IMG/VR virus record: IMGVR_UViG_3300034378_000127
Location: 1 to 52,442 of that record
Source: a virus
Taxonomy: Duplodnaviria; Caudoviricetes
DNA length: 52,442 nt
Strand: one strand, 5' to 3'
The notes below the pieces were generated by a model. The model saw only the letters and a list, made by a program, of their open reading frames with translations. It ran no database searches and had not been told where the DNA came from. Positions 17,037 through 27,317 of the stretch are shown piece by piece. Each line of letters begins with the position of its first letter. The first letter of the stretch is position 1. Position numbers and translations under genes: made by a program.

Positions 17037-18023
17037 TTAAGTTTTTGACCCTTGTAGAAATTCAAGTTCATCATTACCGCTTGAACGCTTGAGTTCGAGA
17101 CGAATTTGGTCAGTAACATGTCCCTCACGGGCTGCTGGATTATTTGTTTGTACAAGTTGTGCTGCTGGAGCAGAAACCGTCATTCTTCTGCCAACTTCAA
17201 CCGAAAGTGTTCCAGTTGTATTTGAAGTTTGATTCGCATGAAGATCAATATCATCAGGTATCCGCATATCAGGATCAAGTTCCAATATTGGGTTTCGATC
17301 AACGATATGATAACCATCAATTCCTTGACATTTACTCGGGTCTGTAAAAGGCTCGATGACATTGCCAAGATCAATTGTCATACTATTTAGATACTGAATC
17401 GTAGCAAATAAATTAATTGTCGCACAGAGTACAGCTGATGGTGCTTCTGTATCGAATGAAGCTGGTGTGATTAAACTACCATAAGCACGTGTACTAATAC
17501 TACCAATAGCTCCTCTGAACTCAAAATCGACTCGATATGGATTACCAACAGTATCGAGGATAAGTCTTGCATTACCGGCACAGCCGAATAATTTAACAAC
17601 TTTCTGTCGGGGTGTTGCCCCTTCTTCTCTCTCAACGATCTCAATCGATGCTGGATTCCTGTCTTCAATTGCATTTGGAGTTAGCCATACACCAGTGCCA
17701 GCGTTTGAATTTTGCTGCATCGCACATGCTCTAAGCATCGTCCAATACATAGGAGCGGCGTCAGCGTTGGCATGTTCATGGAAATCAACACTAAACGACA
17801 CAGTACCATTTTGTCTACCCGAAACCGAAGCATCTTTTGACCAATCTCCTCGGGCAAGTTTTCTCATATATGCACCGATTTCGGTACTATAACTGATATT
17901 AAATACACTGAAACAATAATCGATGCTTGACAAAGTTTCATTGTTCGTGTATTTGTTTGCCTCAGATTCAAGCCTGAATCCAAGAGTTCGCTTTTGTTCC
18001 ATTAACCGCAAAGTCATTTTCAA
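17037..18023 (-). CDS. Major tail tube protein
   Basis: Size, position, MLRACAM and TIDLGN motifs. Confidence 0.8.
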   Translation of the reverse strand: MKMTLRLMEQKRTLGFRLESEANKYTNNETLSSIDYCFSVFNISYSTEIGAYMRKLARGDWSKDASVSGRQNGTVSFSVDFHEHANADAAPMYWTMLRACAMQQNSNAGTGVWLTPNAIEDRNPASIEIVEREEGATPRQKVVKLFGCAGNARLILDTVGNPYRVDFEFRGAIGSISTRAYGSLITPASFDTEAPSAVLCATINLFATIQYLNSMTIDLGNVIEPFTDPSKCQGIDGYHIVDRNPILELDPDMRIPDDIDLHANQTSNTTGTLSVEVGRRMTVSAPAAQLVQTNNPAAREGHVTDQIRLELKRSSGNDELEFLQGSKT

Positions 18024-18038
18024 TCCTCCTGTTAAGGT

Positions 18039-18518
18039 TTATCTAAACGATTCTGGATCGCTCAATCTTATTCTATACCATATTTCAAAAACTACATCGA
18101 CTCCACAAATTCCTCTCTGTGCGTCAACTCCCCATGGAGTACTTGATAAATAGACACAATTGAATGCTGTCTGATCACCCGTTTCACTTGGAACCCAATG
18201 ACGAGAGCCAAAATATTGCTGCAAATCAGCTATTATTTTATCTTGTGCTAAAGGTGGATTAGTTGTTTTAAAATAGCACTCACATGTAAATTCAAAACGG
18301 ATATCAAGTAGTGAGTCATTTGCTGCCCCAAGATGTTCTCCTGTACGAAACTCCTGACCCCATTCGAGATTAATACAAGGAAAACGAGTCATCTTCTCCA
18401 TTTCTTTTATTGGATCATATACAGCTTTCACTGTACTGCGATATCCGTTTGTTATCGTTATTTGCTGCAATCCGTATTTTAATGCTTCACGCAATTTTGT
18501 TCTTACTGTATTTGACAC
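18039..18518 (-). CDS. Tail terminator / completion protein
   Basis: R.K.REAL...L..IT..NGY N-terminus; directly before the tube gene. Confidence 0.75.
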   Translation of the reverse strand: MSNTVRTKLREALKYGLQQITITNGYRSTVKAVYDPIKEMEKMTRFPCINLEWGQEFRTGEHLGAANDSLLDIRFEFTCECYFKTTNPPLAQDKIIADLQQYFGSRHWVPSETGDQTAFNCVYLSSTPWGVDAQRGICGVDVVFEIWYRIRLSDPESFR

Positions 18519-19696
18519 TCATTGACCTCTTTCGCCAACAGACCTATCAAAATTTTGCGTTGTTCAATTCGGTTCTGATTCATTTTGTTATGTTCCCATG
18601 CTCGTCGAGCGTACCAAAGTGCTTTTTCATTTTCACCTTTTGCCATATACAAATTACTTAACCTCTCCGCAGGAAGTTCTTCATAAAAAGCAGTTGTTTG
18701 CATCATTCCTGAATAAAGTTTTTTCTTTAATGCTACAATATACATATTTTCTGCTTGCTCTCTTAACTCTCTCTGTAAATAAATATCACCAAGAAGTACG
18801 TATGGTTCTGCATAATCCATGGAGAAACCAAGAGCGAGCCGAGACCAGTGTTCTACTTTATCAAGATTATTGATATCCATGTCATCGATTTTTGGTCTCA
18901 AAAGATAATTATTGTAAGCATAAAAAAATGCTATTTCAATACAAGCAAGATATAAATTTTCATATGATCCCTCCAGATTTTGAATCATATCACCAAAAAT
19001 ACTAAGAGCTCGTTTTTGATCTCCGCTTAGTAATAAATCTCGAGAAAGGAAATATTTTAATTGCGTGTCCATATTCCCATTAAATTTCTCATATTCATGT
19101 TCAAGAATTTTAACGTTTCTCAGAGCACTAGCATATTGAGGTTTCGATGGTAAGTGCGTGATAAAGAAATTTTTAAAACTTGCAGCAACTAAATCATCCC
19201 AATGAACATCAAATTGTTCATGTACAGGATTTTTCCATCTTAGTACTCCATTATTTTTAAATACTCGCTCTCGCATAAATACAGATAAAGGTTCAAGAGT
19301 ACTATCAAGAGAGACTGCATATGGAACAAAATAAGCATCAATTCCTGAATTCGTATTATTTCTAACAATACCACAGAGCTTTCGAAATTTTCCCTGATGA
19401 ATTCCAAGACAACAATCATCTGAATCAAGCCACATTATCATATCAGATTTTGTGTTATCAATTAATTTATTTCTTGCAATGGAAAAATTCCCATTTGGAT
19501 ATCTTTCACTCGACCATTGAATATCAACTAAAACATCAGCAAAATTCTTTGCGACTTTTTTAACGTTTTCGTCTTTTGATGTAAGTCCAATAACAATTTC
19601 ATCAAAATTCTCTCGTACGTTAAAAGAATCAAGGCAACGTTTAAGTTCACTTGTTTCATTTGCTCCTACTATGATATTTAATGCCAGTGTTGTCAT
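18503..19696 (-). CDS. GT2-family glycosyltransferase with C-terminal TPR-like repeats
   Basis: NE...L.RCLDS, FSIARN, WLDSDD, W..PVHE. Confidence 0.85.
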   Translation of the reverse strand: MTTLALNIIVGANETSELKRCLDSFNVRENFDEIVIGLTSKDENVKKVAKNFADVLVDIQWSSERYPNGNFSIARNKLIDNTKSDMIMWLDSDDCCLGIHQGKFRKLCGIVRNNTNSGIDAYFVPYAVSLDSTLEPLSVFMRERVFKNNGVLRWKNPVHEQFDVHWDDLVAASFKNFFITHLPSKPQYASALRNVKILEHEYEKFNGNMDTQLKYFLSRDLLLSGDQKRALSIFGDMIQNLEGSYENLYLACIEIAFFYAYNNYLLRPKIDDMDINNLDKVEHWSRLALGFSMDYAEPYVLLGDIYLQRELREQAENMYIVALKKKLYSGMMQTTAFYEELPAERLSNLYMAKGENEKALWYARRAWEHNKMNQNRIEQRKILIGLLAKEVNECQIQ

Positions 19697-19716
19697 ACAC
19701 TCTTCCTTCTTAGCGT

Positions 19717-20592
19717 TTATATATCAAACCACTCTTTACAAAGTGAGACGAATTGCTCTGCTCGTTTATCATAAGTATGCATTCTCGATGCTGTTTTATG
19801 TCCGTTTTCTGCTACTCGTTGTCGTAATGAATCATTTTTGAGATAATAATTGATAACACTCAGGCAATCTTCATAATCTCGATAAACAATTATATCCGTT
19901 CCTACTTTAAAAAGCACATCAAGTCCAGGAGAATTATTTACTATTAACATTGTTCCTGCACCAGTAGTTTCAAATATTCGGTAATTCAAATCATGTCTTA
20001 TATTCATATTGAAATGAATCTTACATCTGCGGATAAAATTAACCATGTTGTCTCCATAATGTATTTCTGAGATCATGCCAATATCACTTTTGAGACGTTT
20101 AATGAATTCTGTTCTCTCTATGTTACCATTTGATCCACAGTATCCTATATTAATTGTTTTCTCCGAATCGTCCGGAAAAATCAAATCATTAGGATAAGCA
20201 TTTGGAAACCATTTTATTTTTGTTGATACAGTATTTTCAAACTTTTCTACGTCTAGCATACAAGAACATAAAACTCCATCAATTAAATTTCTATTAACAG
20301 TTTCTAGATGACTTTTAAGATTTAGATGACTATCAATCGACCAAAAAACTTTCGGTTTTGCAATTCTATGCATCGATGGAACCATGAACAAAGTGTATTG
20401 TTCCAAAAGCAAAAGCACGTCACAATCTTCTGAAGCGCGCTCAAGTGAATGTGTGTTGAAATTCTCATAACCAATTCCCCACACAACAGCTTCATGCCCT
20501 ACTCGTTCAAACGCTCTTTGTAAACAAAGAGATTCTCTGTATTTTTGGTTTATCTCTTTTCGAGACGCTTCCTGTATAATAAAAACCTTCAT
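19717..20592 (-). CDS. GT-B glycosyltransferase (CgeB-like)
   Basis: WSIDSH, NYRIFETTGAG, HTYDKRA. Confidence 0.85.
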   Translation of the reverse strand: MKVFIIQEASRKEINQKYRESLCLQRAFERVGHEAVVWGIGYENFNTHSLERASEDCDVLLLLEQYTLFMVPSMHRIAKPKVFWSIDSHLNLKSHLETVNRNLIDGVLCSCMLDVEKFENTVSTKIKWFPNAYPNDLIFPDDSEKTINIGYCGSNGNIERTEFIKRLKSDIGMISEIHYGDNMVNFIRRCKIHFNMNIRHDLNYRIFETTGAGTMLIVNNSPGLDVLFKVGTDIIVYRDYEDCLSVINYYLKNDSLRQRVAENGHKTASRMHTYDKRAEQFVSLCKEWFDI

Positions 20593-20704
20593 ATTTATTG
20601 ATTTTACCTTTATTTAAACGGTTAAAATTCACCGATATTCGGGAATTCGTATAAAACCATAGCCAAAACTGATTTTAAGCGGTTAAATGTCATATTTCTT
20701 ATTA

Positions 20705-21178
20705 TCATGATACCACTGCCCAAAAGTCACCGTCCTCGTAAAATCGAACCATTTTATTAAGTTCTGTCGCTAATCTGATAGCTGTATTCCGATCGAGGTC
20801 ACGATTCGTGTCATGAACCAGTATCATTTTACAATTCTGCACCAAATCGATCCTGTTCAATATTCTATCTCTTCCGATTCCGTCAATAATCACAAGATAC
20901 GGTTCAACCTTTCGGAATACGCTATCAACAATATGCGGATTATACCATCCGTCAACTTTCGGTGCATAGATGTAATGAGAATCGTATTTCCCAATCCATT
21001 CCCTATCATGCTCAATTGAATACAGTTGATAATCATTACATAATTCCTTAGTCGACACGTCGCCCGCGCCGAATTCTACTATTATGGATTCCCTTGGTAC
21101 ATGCTCCTTTATCCAATCAATCACGGCCTTTTCCATCCCACTGCCTCCATAATTCATGTTGCCGTTGCCTCTGGACAA
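20705..21178 (-). CDS. Class I SAM-dependent methyltransferase-like protein
   Basis: IVEFGAG, SIEHD.EW, IIDG, VHDT.R. Confidence 0.75.
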   Translation of the reverse strand: MSRGNGNMNYGGSGMEKAVIDWIKEHVPRESIIVEFGAGDVSTKELCNDYQLYSIEHDREWIGKYDSHYIYAPKVDGWYNPHIVDSVFRKVEPYLVIIDGIGRDRILNRIDLVQNCKMILVHDTNRDLDRNTAIRLATELNKMVRFYEDGDFWAVVS

Positions 21179-22047
21179 GGATCTGGTTCATCAACTTGTA
21201 TCTGTTCCCACTGTCCAGTAATATCAGTCCAGTGTTTACCATCTTGCCAGAAATCACTAACACCAAGGAATTCAGCAATAACATTACATCGATCACGTTC
21301 CCAATCCGTATTCACTTTATGTAAATGAGCTTCATAATAACCGCCAGAGAATAATTTATCCCGATCGACTTTCCATGCTGCCCGGTCAAGTGTGTCAGTC
21401 CAGATATTATATCCACGTTCAACCTCGATCAACCGATCACGTCCGAAACGATTTAATAAAGCAAGACAAAGCGATTCATCTGAAAAATCAGGTTTGGATA
21501 CGAGCTCACGGTGATCCCCAACTGAGCCATTGATAGGATATTTGAATCTATTAAATAATCCTGTAAAAGAAAGATTCTCTGGATTTACAAATTGTTGAAA
21601 GATATATGATTCAGTAGTCATTGCCGACATAGGAACTTTTCCATTTTCGTGCGGATTACTAGTGTAGACTTCCTTTCCCATCATCATGATTTTTGTTGGC
21701 TCCCATTGACGATATTTATTTTCATAAAATCCTCGCTGACATGGAACAAAATCAATATCATGTAATGTACAAACATCATGACCAAACTGTCCAGCAATCC
21801 AAAGTCGCCCAATTTTTGCAAGATTGGCAGAATAATGATGTTGACTTCCATAGACAACATGTAATGTATCTACCCAGCGGCCACAAAAATTCCAATACTC
21901 TGTCCATGATCTGTTGCCGACGACAATCAGTGATATCCGGAACTCTGGAAAGAATTTTTGCCACGCCGCTGAAGCCAACGGCAGAAAATCGAGATGATAC
22001 CCATCATCCGCACTCAAGATAATTCTTATAGGTATAGCTCTTTTCAT
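21154..22047 (-). CDS. Putative glycosyltransferase-like protein
   Basis: HDIDFVP DxD motif, SDE motif, cluster context. Confidence 0.55.
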   Translation of the reverse strand: MKRAIPIRIILSADDGYHLDFLPLASAAWQKFFPEFRISLIVVGNRSWTEYWNFCGRWVDTLHVVYGSQHHYSANLAKIGRLWIAGQFGHDVCTLHDIDFVPCQRGFYENKYRQWEPTKIMMMGKEVYTSNPHENGKVPMSAMTTESYIFQQFVNPENLSFTGLFNRFKYPINGSVGDHRELVSKPDFSDESLCLALLNRFGRDRLIEVERGYNIWTDTLDRAAWKVDRDKLFSGGYYEAHLHKVNTDWERDRCNVIAEFLGVSDFWQDGKHWTDITGQWEQIQVDEPDPCPEATAT

Positions 22048-22604
22048 TTCAATATCTCCAAAATAGGCCGCTTGTCTTCCTCCTTGGCGTTGAAGAACTT
22101 CAATTCGATACCCGCGTGCTCGAATTGACTTATATCCATATATTTTCGTCCACTCTCACCAGATAAATAACAATCGCAATCATTTTCTTTACAAATATTA
22201 ATAAGCCGATCTGTACCTTTAAATCCTGTTTCTTTATCGACTTTACGTTTAGTCTTTATTTGTAGCATATTCGCAATGTGCATCACAATACCCATATTTG
22301 TCCATGTAAGAGACTCACTAATGTAATCATCAAATTGAGAAAGGATAAGATTATATTGTATAAGTTCAGTACGAATATGAGCCCAATCATATACTGGATT
22401 AACATATCTTTTAGAAATGATTGGCTCCAGTCCGTGATTCACTGACATCGTATACCATCTATCATTCATCCTGAAACGATTCTGATATCCATTCTTCTCG
22501 AATTGGCACCGTGTAAGAAATACAAACACATCTGCTTGTTCCATCTTCCTAAAAAAAGGAAGCCAAGGTATGAAGTTCGGCTGATGAATTGTACAAATTT
22601 TCAT
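22044..22604 (-). CDS. WbqC-like protein
   Basis: IHQPNFIPWLPFF.K, YQNR, YLSGESGRKY. Confidence 0.9.
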   Translation of the reverse strand: MKICTIHQPNFIPWLPFFRKMEQADVFVFLTRCQFEKNGYQNRFRMNDRWYTMSVNHGLEPIISKRYVNPVYDWAHIRTELIQYNLILSQFDDYISESLTWTNMGIVMHIANMLQIKTKRKVDKETGFKGTDRLINICKENDCDCYLSGESGRKYMDISQFEHAGIELKFFNAKEEDKRPILEILK

Positions 22605-23164
22605 TTTTGAATCATTTTTCTAAAATTATCTATCGATATCTCTCTTGGATGTAAATACCATTTGTCATGTTTTTCTGTGAACGGTTCATACTCAAGACAT
22701 TTCCATCCATCTTCAAATTTAATGAGTTCTATACAATTTTCATCACAGATGTCAATCGTGTCTTCATCCCATTTATTAAATGGAGGAACATAGAGATAAG
22801 TAGCTAATAAAGAACATGAAACAATGATACTCAACTCTTGAGTCTCATAATTAAGTAGTCGATGATCTATATGAATAAGTCCATGAGATGCAAGTTTCAC
22901 ATTCTTAGGAAGTTGATCTCTCTTTGGCAACCAGCACTGTTTAACTTTAAAAAATAAACGATAATCACTATAAGCATTTAAAATCTGTGGGAATGTTCGT
23001 TCATTATCAGGTGAGTTTTTCCCACATTCACTCGACAAAAAAGCAAGAGGTGAAACACAATACATAATTTGTACTTCTGGAAAAAGTTGTCGAATAATAT
23101 TAACTTTATCTAAAATATCATCCATATCCGTATTTGCACTTATGTCGTCAAATCGAAAAATCAC
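22601..23164 (-). CDS. Polysaccharide deacetylase-fold protein (DUF2334-like)
   Basis: FRFDD, SHGLIH, VPPFNKW, YLHP. Confidence 0.75.
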   Translation of the reverse strand: MIFRFDDISANTDMDDILDKVNIIRQLFPEVQIMYCVSPLAFLSSECGKNSPDNERTFPQILNAYSDYRLFFKVKQCWLPKRDQLPKNVKLASHGLIHIDHRLLNYETQELSIIVSCSLLATYLYVPPFNKWDEDTIDICDENCIELIKFEDGWKCLEYEPFTEKHDKWYLHPREISIDNFRKMIQK

Positions 23165-23709
23165 CTTGTTTTCTCACAACCATAGAAGTAAATGGGATCA
23201 TTAATGTAAATCTCTCTTGACAGATTTGGTCGAATTCGCTTACTATATTCTCTATCCTCACCAAAATTACTATGAAAAGGAAAACCTGCTTTCAACGCAA
23301 TTAACCGTTTTATTGGGTTCAAATGATTTGGTGTCCTGTAAAATGTTTTGTCTGCTTCAGATGCATACCAACCACAAAATTCGATTGAATGCTTGAAAAC
23401 ATATAAAGTATTTTCAAAATTAATGATTCCTTCGATACCAACAACATCAGGTTCACTTTCAATTGCTTCAAGGATACGCTGCACGTAATCTGTGCTTACT
23501 TGATCATCGTCATCTACAAAAGAGACATAATCACCCTTCGCTTCACATAACAGTTCATTGCGTTTTAGACCAATTGTTTTCTCTCCTCCATCAACTACAG
23601 TAATAATCTCTACATCATTACCATTGATTTGCTTATGTAAATCAATAAGTAGATTTTCAAACATCTGTCGACGATACTCTAAATGGCAAATTAGAATTGA
23701 TAGTTTCAT
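23161..23709 (-). CDS. GT2-family glycosyltransferase
   Basis: LSILI, G.KRN, FVDDDD, GED. Confidence 0.9.
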   Translation of the reverse strand: MKLSILICHLEYRRQMFENLLIDLHKQINGNDVEIITVVDGGEKTIGLKRNELLCEAKGDYVSFVDDDDQVSTDYVQRILEAIESEPDVVGIEGIINFENTLYVFKHSIEFCGWYASEADKTFYRTPNHLNPIKRLIALKAGFPFHSNFGEDREYSKRIRPNLSREIYINDPIYFYGCEKTR

Positions 23710-24488
23710 GCAGCTATTCTCTCAGCTGACACTGGAGTCGGAGAAAGAATATTCCATTTCCCAATTCCATCTTCAATAAGATTTGATGCAATTACTGTAC
23801 CATAAGCAATTGCATATTTTTGATTTTCTTTACTATTTGTTAATTTTTGAATAGGAGCTAATCGTCGATGAGTTTCATCACGTTTCAAAGGATCAATTTC
23901 TCTTGTCTCATGTTCATGCCTAATTGCAACATCACTTAAATAAACTCTGATTGAAGTAAGTTGTGCTACAATATACCAAACAACATCTATCATATCAGCA
24001 TGAAATTCAGTGCACATGAAAGGTTTCTTTGTTGCATCTACTACCTTACAAGTCGTAAAAAGCTGAACGCACATCTTTCCATGAGCTATGTATTCATCAT
24101 CAGTATGAAGAACGATATCCCCGTTTGCCTTATTTACTTCACAGAGGATATAAGTATCCCAACCATGAGTTGTAAAGACCATATCATCGCCGACCATTGA
24201 GACTACTGTGGAAGGAGAATTGAATCGGAAATTATCATATGCGAGATTGTAATAAAAAGCAAGATTCGGCTGTTTTGTGTTCTCAGTAAGAATGTCAGAC
24301 TTAGAACCACTGGGAAAGGAAAATAAACCGATAAACTCTTTTGTTTCATTGTCTAGTGCATTGACAATAAAACAGAAATCAATTCGCGATGGATCATCGG
24401 CTTTCTCAATAGCCGAATTAATAAATCTCTTCAGACGTTTGACTCGTTTATATGTTGGCAAATACAAAGCAATACGGTCGTATTTCAT
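23706..24488 (-). CDS. GT2-like glycosyltransferase
   Basis: LPTYKR, GDDM.F.T.GWD, HEH. Confidence 0.8.
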   Translation of the reverse strand: MKYDRIALYLPTYKRVKRLKRFINSAIEKADDPSRIDFCFIVNALDNETKEFIGLFSFPSGSKSDILTENTKQPNLAFYYNLAYDNFRFNSPSTVVSMVGDDMVFTTHGWDTYILCEVNKANGDIVLHTDDEYIAHGKMCVQLFTTCKVVDATKKPFMCTEFHADMIDVVWYIVAQLTSIRVYLSDVAIRHEHETREIDPLKRDETHRRLAPIQKLTNSKENQKYAIAYGTVIASNLIEDGIGKWNILSPTPVSAERIAA

Positions 24489-24515
24489 TCTTGATTCTCC
24501 TTCTTGGCGTTATAT

Positions 24516-25178
24516 TCATGCAACCATCCCAACGTAATGACCACCTTCCTCTAAGACAGGTAATTCTCTATCTTCTGAAGTGAATTTCAAATGTGGCATT
24601 CCCGCTCGGACGTGTGCAATATGATTATTTTTAATTATAGGCCAAATCTCCTTTGCAAGAAACAACTGATCCGTTCCATGAAATAATCCTCTAGGATTAC
24701 CATAATTCGGTTGTAGTTGAGAAAACCAAACTTTCATCTTTGTTTCAAAGTATGGAATACAATTTGCTTTTGCTCCCCAAGTGCCTCCAAGTATTTGTAC
24801 ATTATGAGATTCACAATCACGAACGATATGAAAATCCTTTTCACTCTCTATCCATTCGTTTACACAATCGACTTCACGCTGCGTCGGTTTACTATCAGTA
24901 TCTCTAACAATAAAACGTTCGACTTCAGGATCATCAAACATTGGATGAAATCTCCAGTACATTCCAAGGACATCCTCTGCGTGTCCCATTGTCCGAACTT
25001 CTCCACCATTTTTGATTATTGCTGCAATGGTATCTTGAGATACTGTTGTCTCATCAATATAGAATAAACACTTCCAGCTGTCTTTATAAAATTTTGGCAT
25101 CAGTTCAGCATTCGCTACAGCACCATCACAATAAAGAGGTTTCTGTCCCCAAAGACTAAATGAAATTATCCTTTTCAT
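24516..25178 (-). CDS. Glycosyltransferase-like protein
   Basis: IISFSLWG, MYWRF, VRDTDS (DxD), DQLFL. Confidence 0.7.
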   Translation of the reverse strand: MKRIISFSLWGQKPLYCDGAVANAELMPKFYKDSWKCLFYIDETTVSQDTIAAIIKNGGEVRTMGHAEDVLGMYWRFHPMFDDPEVERFIVRDTDSKPTQREVDCVNEWIESEKDFHIVRDCESHNVQILGGTWGAKANCIPYFETKMKVWFSQLQPNYGNPRGLFHGTDQLFLAKEIWPIIKNNHIAHVRAGMPHLKFTSEDRELPVLEEGGHYVGMVA

Positions 25179-25402
25179 GTCATCGACTCGATTTTGCCTT
25201 TGATATATGCAGATGTCGTGACAACAGTATCGACTTTTGAATCAATTTCATCAATCTTAGCTTTAAGTCCTGCACGATACTGATGACAAGTGTCATTTCG
25301 GACATAATTATTTCGCCATATTGCAATTTTATATCCAATGCTAATTGCTGTTATTGCAGCAAGAATGAGTCCAATAATCTGTGCTGCTAATACGATGTTC
25401 AT
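25175..25402 (-). CDS. Single-TM membrane protein (holin candidate)
   Basis: N-terminal hydrophobic helix followed by a coiled coil. Confidence 0.5.
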   Translation of the reverse strand: MNIVLAAQIIGLILAAITAISIGYKIAIWRNNYVRNDTCHQYRAGLKAKIDEIDSKVDTVVTTSAYIKGKIESMT

Positions 25403-25860
25403 CCACCCGCCAATGCTATTTTGACTCTTCGCAAAGCCGCTTGTTTCAAAATTTTCTGCCCTTGCGCCTTAAAATCTTCAAGAATTCTCAAGCGCTTTGG
25501 TATTCGTACTTGCTTTTTACGAATCCAACGGTTTCCTATTCTAAATACTAAATAAGGAACTCGTCTTGCTCGAATCAGTTTTCCTTTTTGATGTACTTCA
25601 AGATACCAAGCTGTCGAACCTAACGTCACAGCAACATCTCTTGCACCTGCACGTCTTATCCGGACACGCCAGCTACCTCGCGCTTTTCCAGTACGTACTT
25701 TAAGTCCTGGCCTGCCAGAAAGTTGTTTTCTAATAATTTGAGTTTGGAATTTATACAATCCATCTTCTAATCCCTTGACGACTGCATTTTCAAGTATTCT
25801 TGCTCTGATACCAAATTTCTTTGCAATATCGGGTATGTTTGATTTATATTCATCGGCCAT
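25399..25860 (-). CDS. Neck / tail-completion protein (HK97 gp10-like)
   Basis: Basic; VRTG..R.S, Y...HQ.G, V.IPKR. Confidence 0.75.
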   Translation of the reverse strand: MADEYKSNIPDIAKKFGIRARILENAVVKGLEDGLYKFQTQIIRKQLSGRPGLKVRTGKARGSWRVRIRRAGARDVAVTLGSTAWYLEVHQKGKLIRARRVPYLVFRIGNRWIRKKQVRIPKRLRILEDFKAQGQKILKQAALRRVKIALAGG

Positions 25861-26698
25861 GAGCTCTCCGATATGGTGCTAGCATATTAATTACTTCAGC
25901 TGTAAAACGCATCTGAGGCTTCTCATATGTATTACGGAGATTCACAGCGTCCCGAGTCGAGCCGACCATTTCAAAATCATCTTTATGCTTAAACATATAT
26001 CGAATTTGCATTTCTGCGGCCATCGTAATATCAGGATAGGCTTCTGCTAAACTCTGAGAAGCAATTGCACTAATTGTATCATTTGCTGTTGTAGAACCTG
26101 AGGCGGCTTCTGTTGCGTATTCATTAATCGCCTCAGCTTCAAATATGCCTCTCAAATTATCAAGTACTAAAGAAGTTCCTGAACCCGACACGACAATACC
26201 CATAGCACCTGATGTTGAACCAAGAACAAATCTTCCAGCAGTAAAATTTCCTCCATTCGTCACTGTAAATGTACTTTGAGTTCCATGTGTAGCAAGACCA
26301 CCCATGTATATAATTCGTAAACCCTTTGGATTGATGAAACCAAGAGCAGAATTAAGCCAAACACTATTACTCTCCGCTCCTATTATAAAATCATCATCAC
26401 CATCAAGCTCCGTCTCGCTGGAACCATCATAAACTCCATCTCTGCTGTAATAAATATTTGTTATTGAAGAAATCGGAGCTGATCGTGGATAATATCTTTG
26501 CTTTTTAAATTTGACATCAAAATATTCAGTACGAGATTGCAGAATAAATTCACGGTTGAGATATTTTTCAAATGACCGAGTAATAGAAGTCATCCAATTG
26601 ATGAGTTCACGTTTAAGATCTTGGTCTTCTGTTAGAGCTTCATCTCGATCGTCTGACAAATATCTTCTAAGTCTTTCATAGCTCGTTGCAAGAATCAT
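25850..26698 (-). CDS. Head-tail adaptor with inserted beta domain
   Basis: FEKYLNR.F, I.Y.GG, P.DI..AA, ML.PYRR. Confidence 0.75.
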   Translation of the reverse strand: MILATSYERLRRYLSDDRDEALTEDQDLKRELINWMTSITRSFEKYLNREFILQSRTEYFDVKFKKQRYYPRSAPISSITNIYYSRDGVYDGSSETELDGDDDFIIGAESNSVWLNSALGFINPKGLRIIYMGGLATHGTQSTFTVTNGGNFTAGRFVLGSTSGAMGIVVSGSGTSLVLDNLRGIFEAEAINEYATEAASGSTTANDTISAIASQSLAEAYPDITMAAEMQIRYMFKHKDDFEMVGSTRDAVNLRNTYEKPQMRFTAEVINMLAPYRRAHGR

Positions 26699-26806
26699 TA
26701 TATTCCTCTTTTATAAACACCACCGGAGGAGGAGTTATGCTCCTCACCCCAGTGGTCGCCAAGAAGGACGCCGCACGCCAAGCGGACTGCACGCCTTCGT
26801 TTGCGT

Positions 26807-27262
26807 TTAGCCATCAAGATCGAATACAAGCGTTTTCGATACCGCAGCAGAATCAGGCTTTCCAAGAATACCAATTGCACCAAAGTCGATTGTCATTGGA
26901 ACACCTTGTGATTCTGTTCGGAGACCGATAAAACGCTTATAGTTCTTACACAGGATCGATGCTTCCTGAATTGTCTCATCACTTGAACCTGTTACATCAT
27001 TGAATGATGCACCAGTGATAAGCGTTGCAGCAGTCGGATCATCTGTGTCGCTTTCATAAAGAGCATTTGAAAGAGTTGCAGCAGCTCCATTCAATGTACC
27101 ATTGTTAATAACAACAAGAAGCTCATCGTAATCTCTCGTATCAATCAAAACACCACTCGATGTGGTAATTGATTGACCATTGAAATAAACAGTTGCTGAA
27201 CCAATCCGTTCCGCTGGGAACAGTTGCTCAATTTTTAGATTTTCTGCAATTTTTCCTGGCAT
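26807..27262 (-). CDS. Capsid decoration / cement protein
   Basis: Immediately after the MCP; IDT..Y, YESD, YKRFI. Confidence 0.7.
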   Translation of the reverse strand: MPGKIAENLKIEQLFPAERIGSATVYFNGQSITTSSGVLIDTRDYDELLVVINNGTLNGAAATLSNALYESDTDDPTAATLITGASFNDVTGSSDETIQEASILCKNYKRFIGLRTESQGVPMTIDFGAIGILGKPDSAAVSKTLVFDLDG

Positions 27263-27317
27263 AGTTTAAAGCTCCTTTTCGTATGTTTATGCCATAGTTA
27301 ATTTAGCTGCATTACTA

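Noticed and set aside
20593-20704. Gap in the glycosyltransferase cluster with a ttaaRcggttaaa direct repeat
   Set aside because: Only two short copies and a 23-codon ORF; not enough to assign a function.
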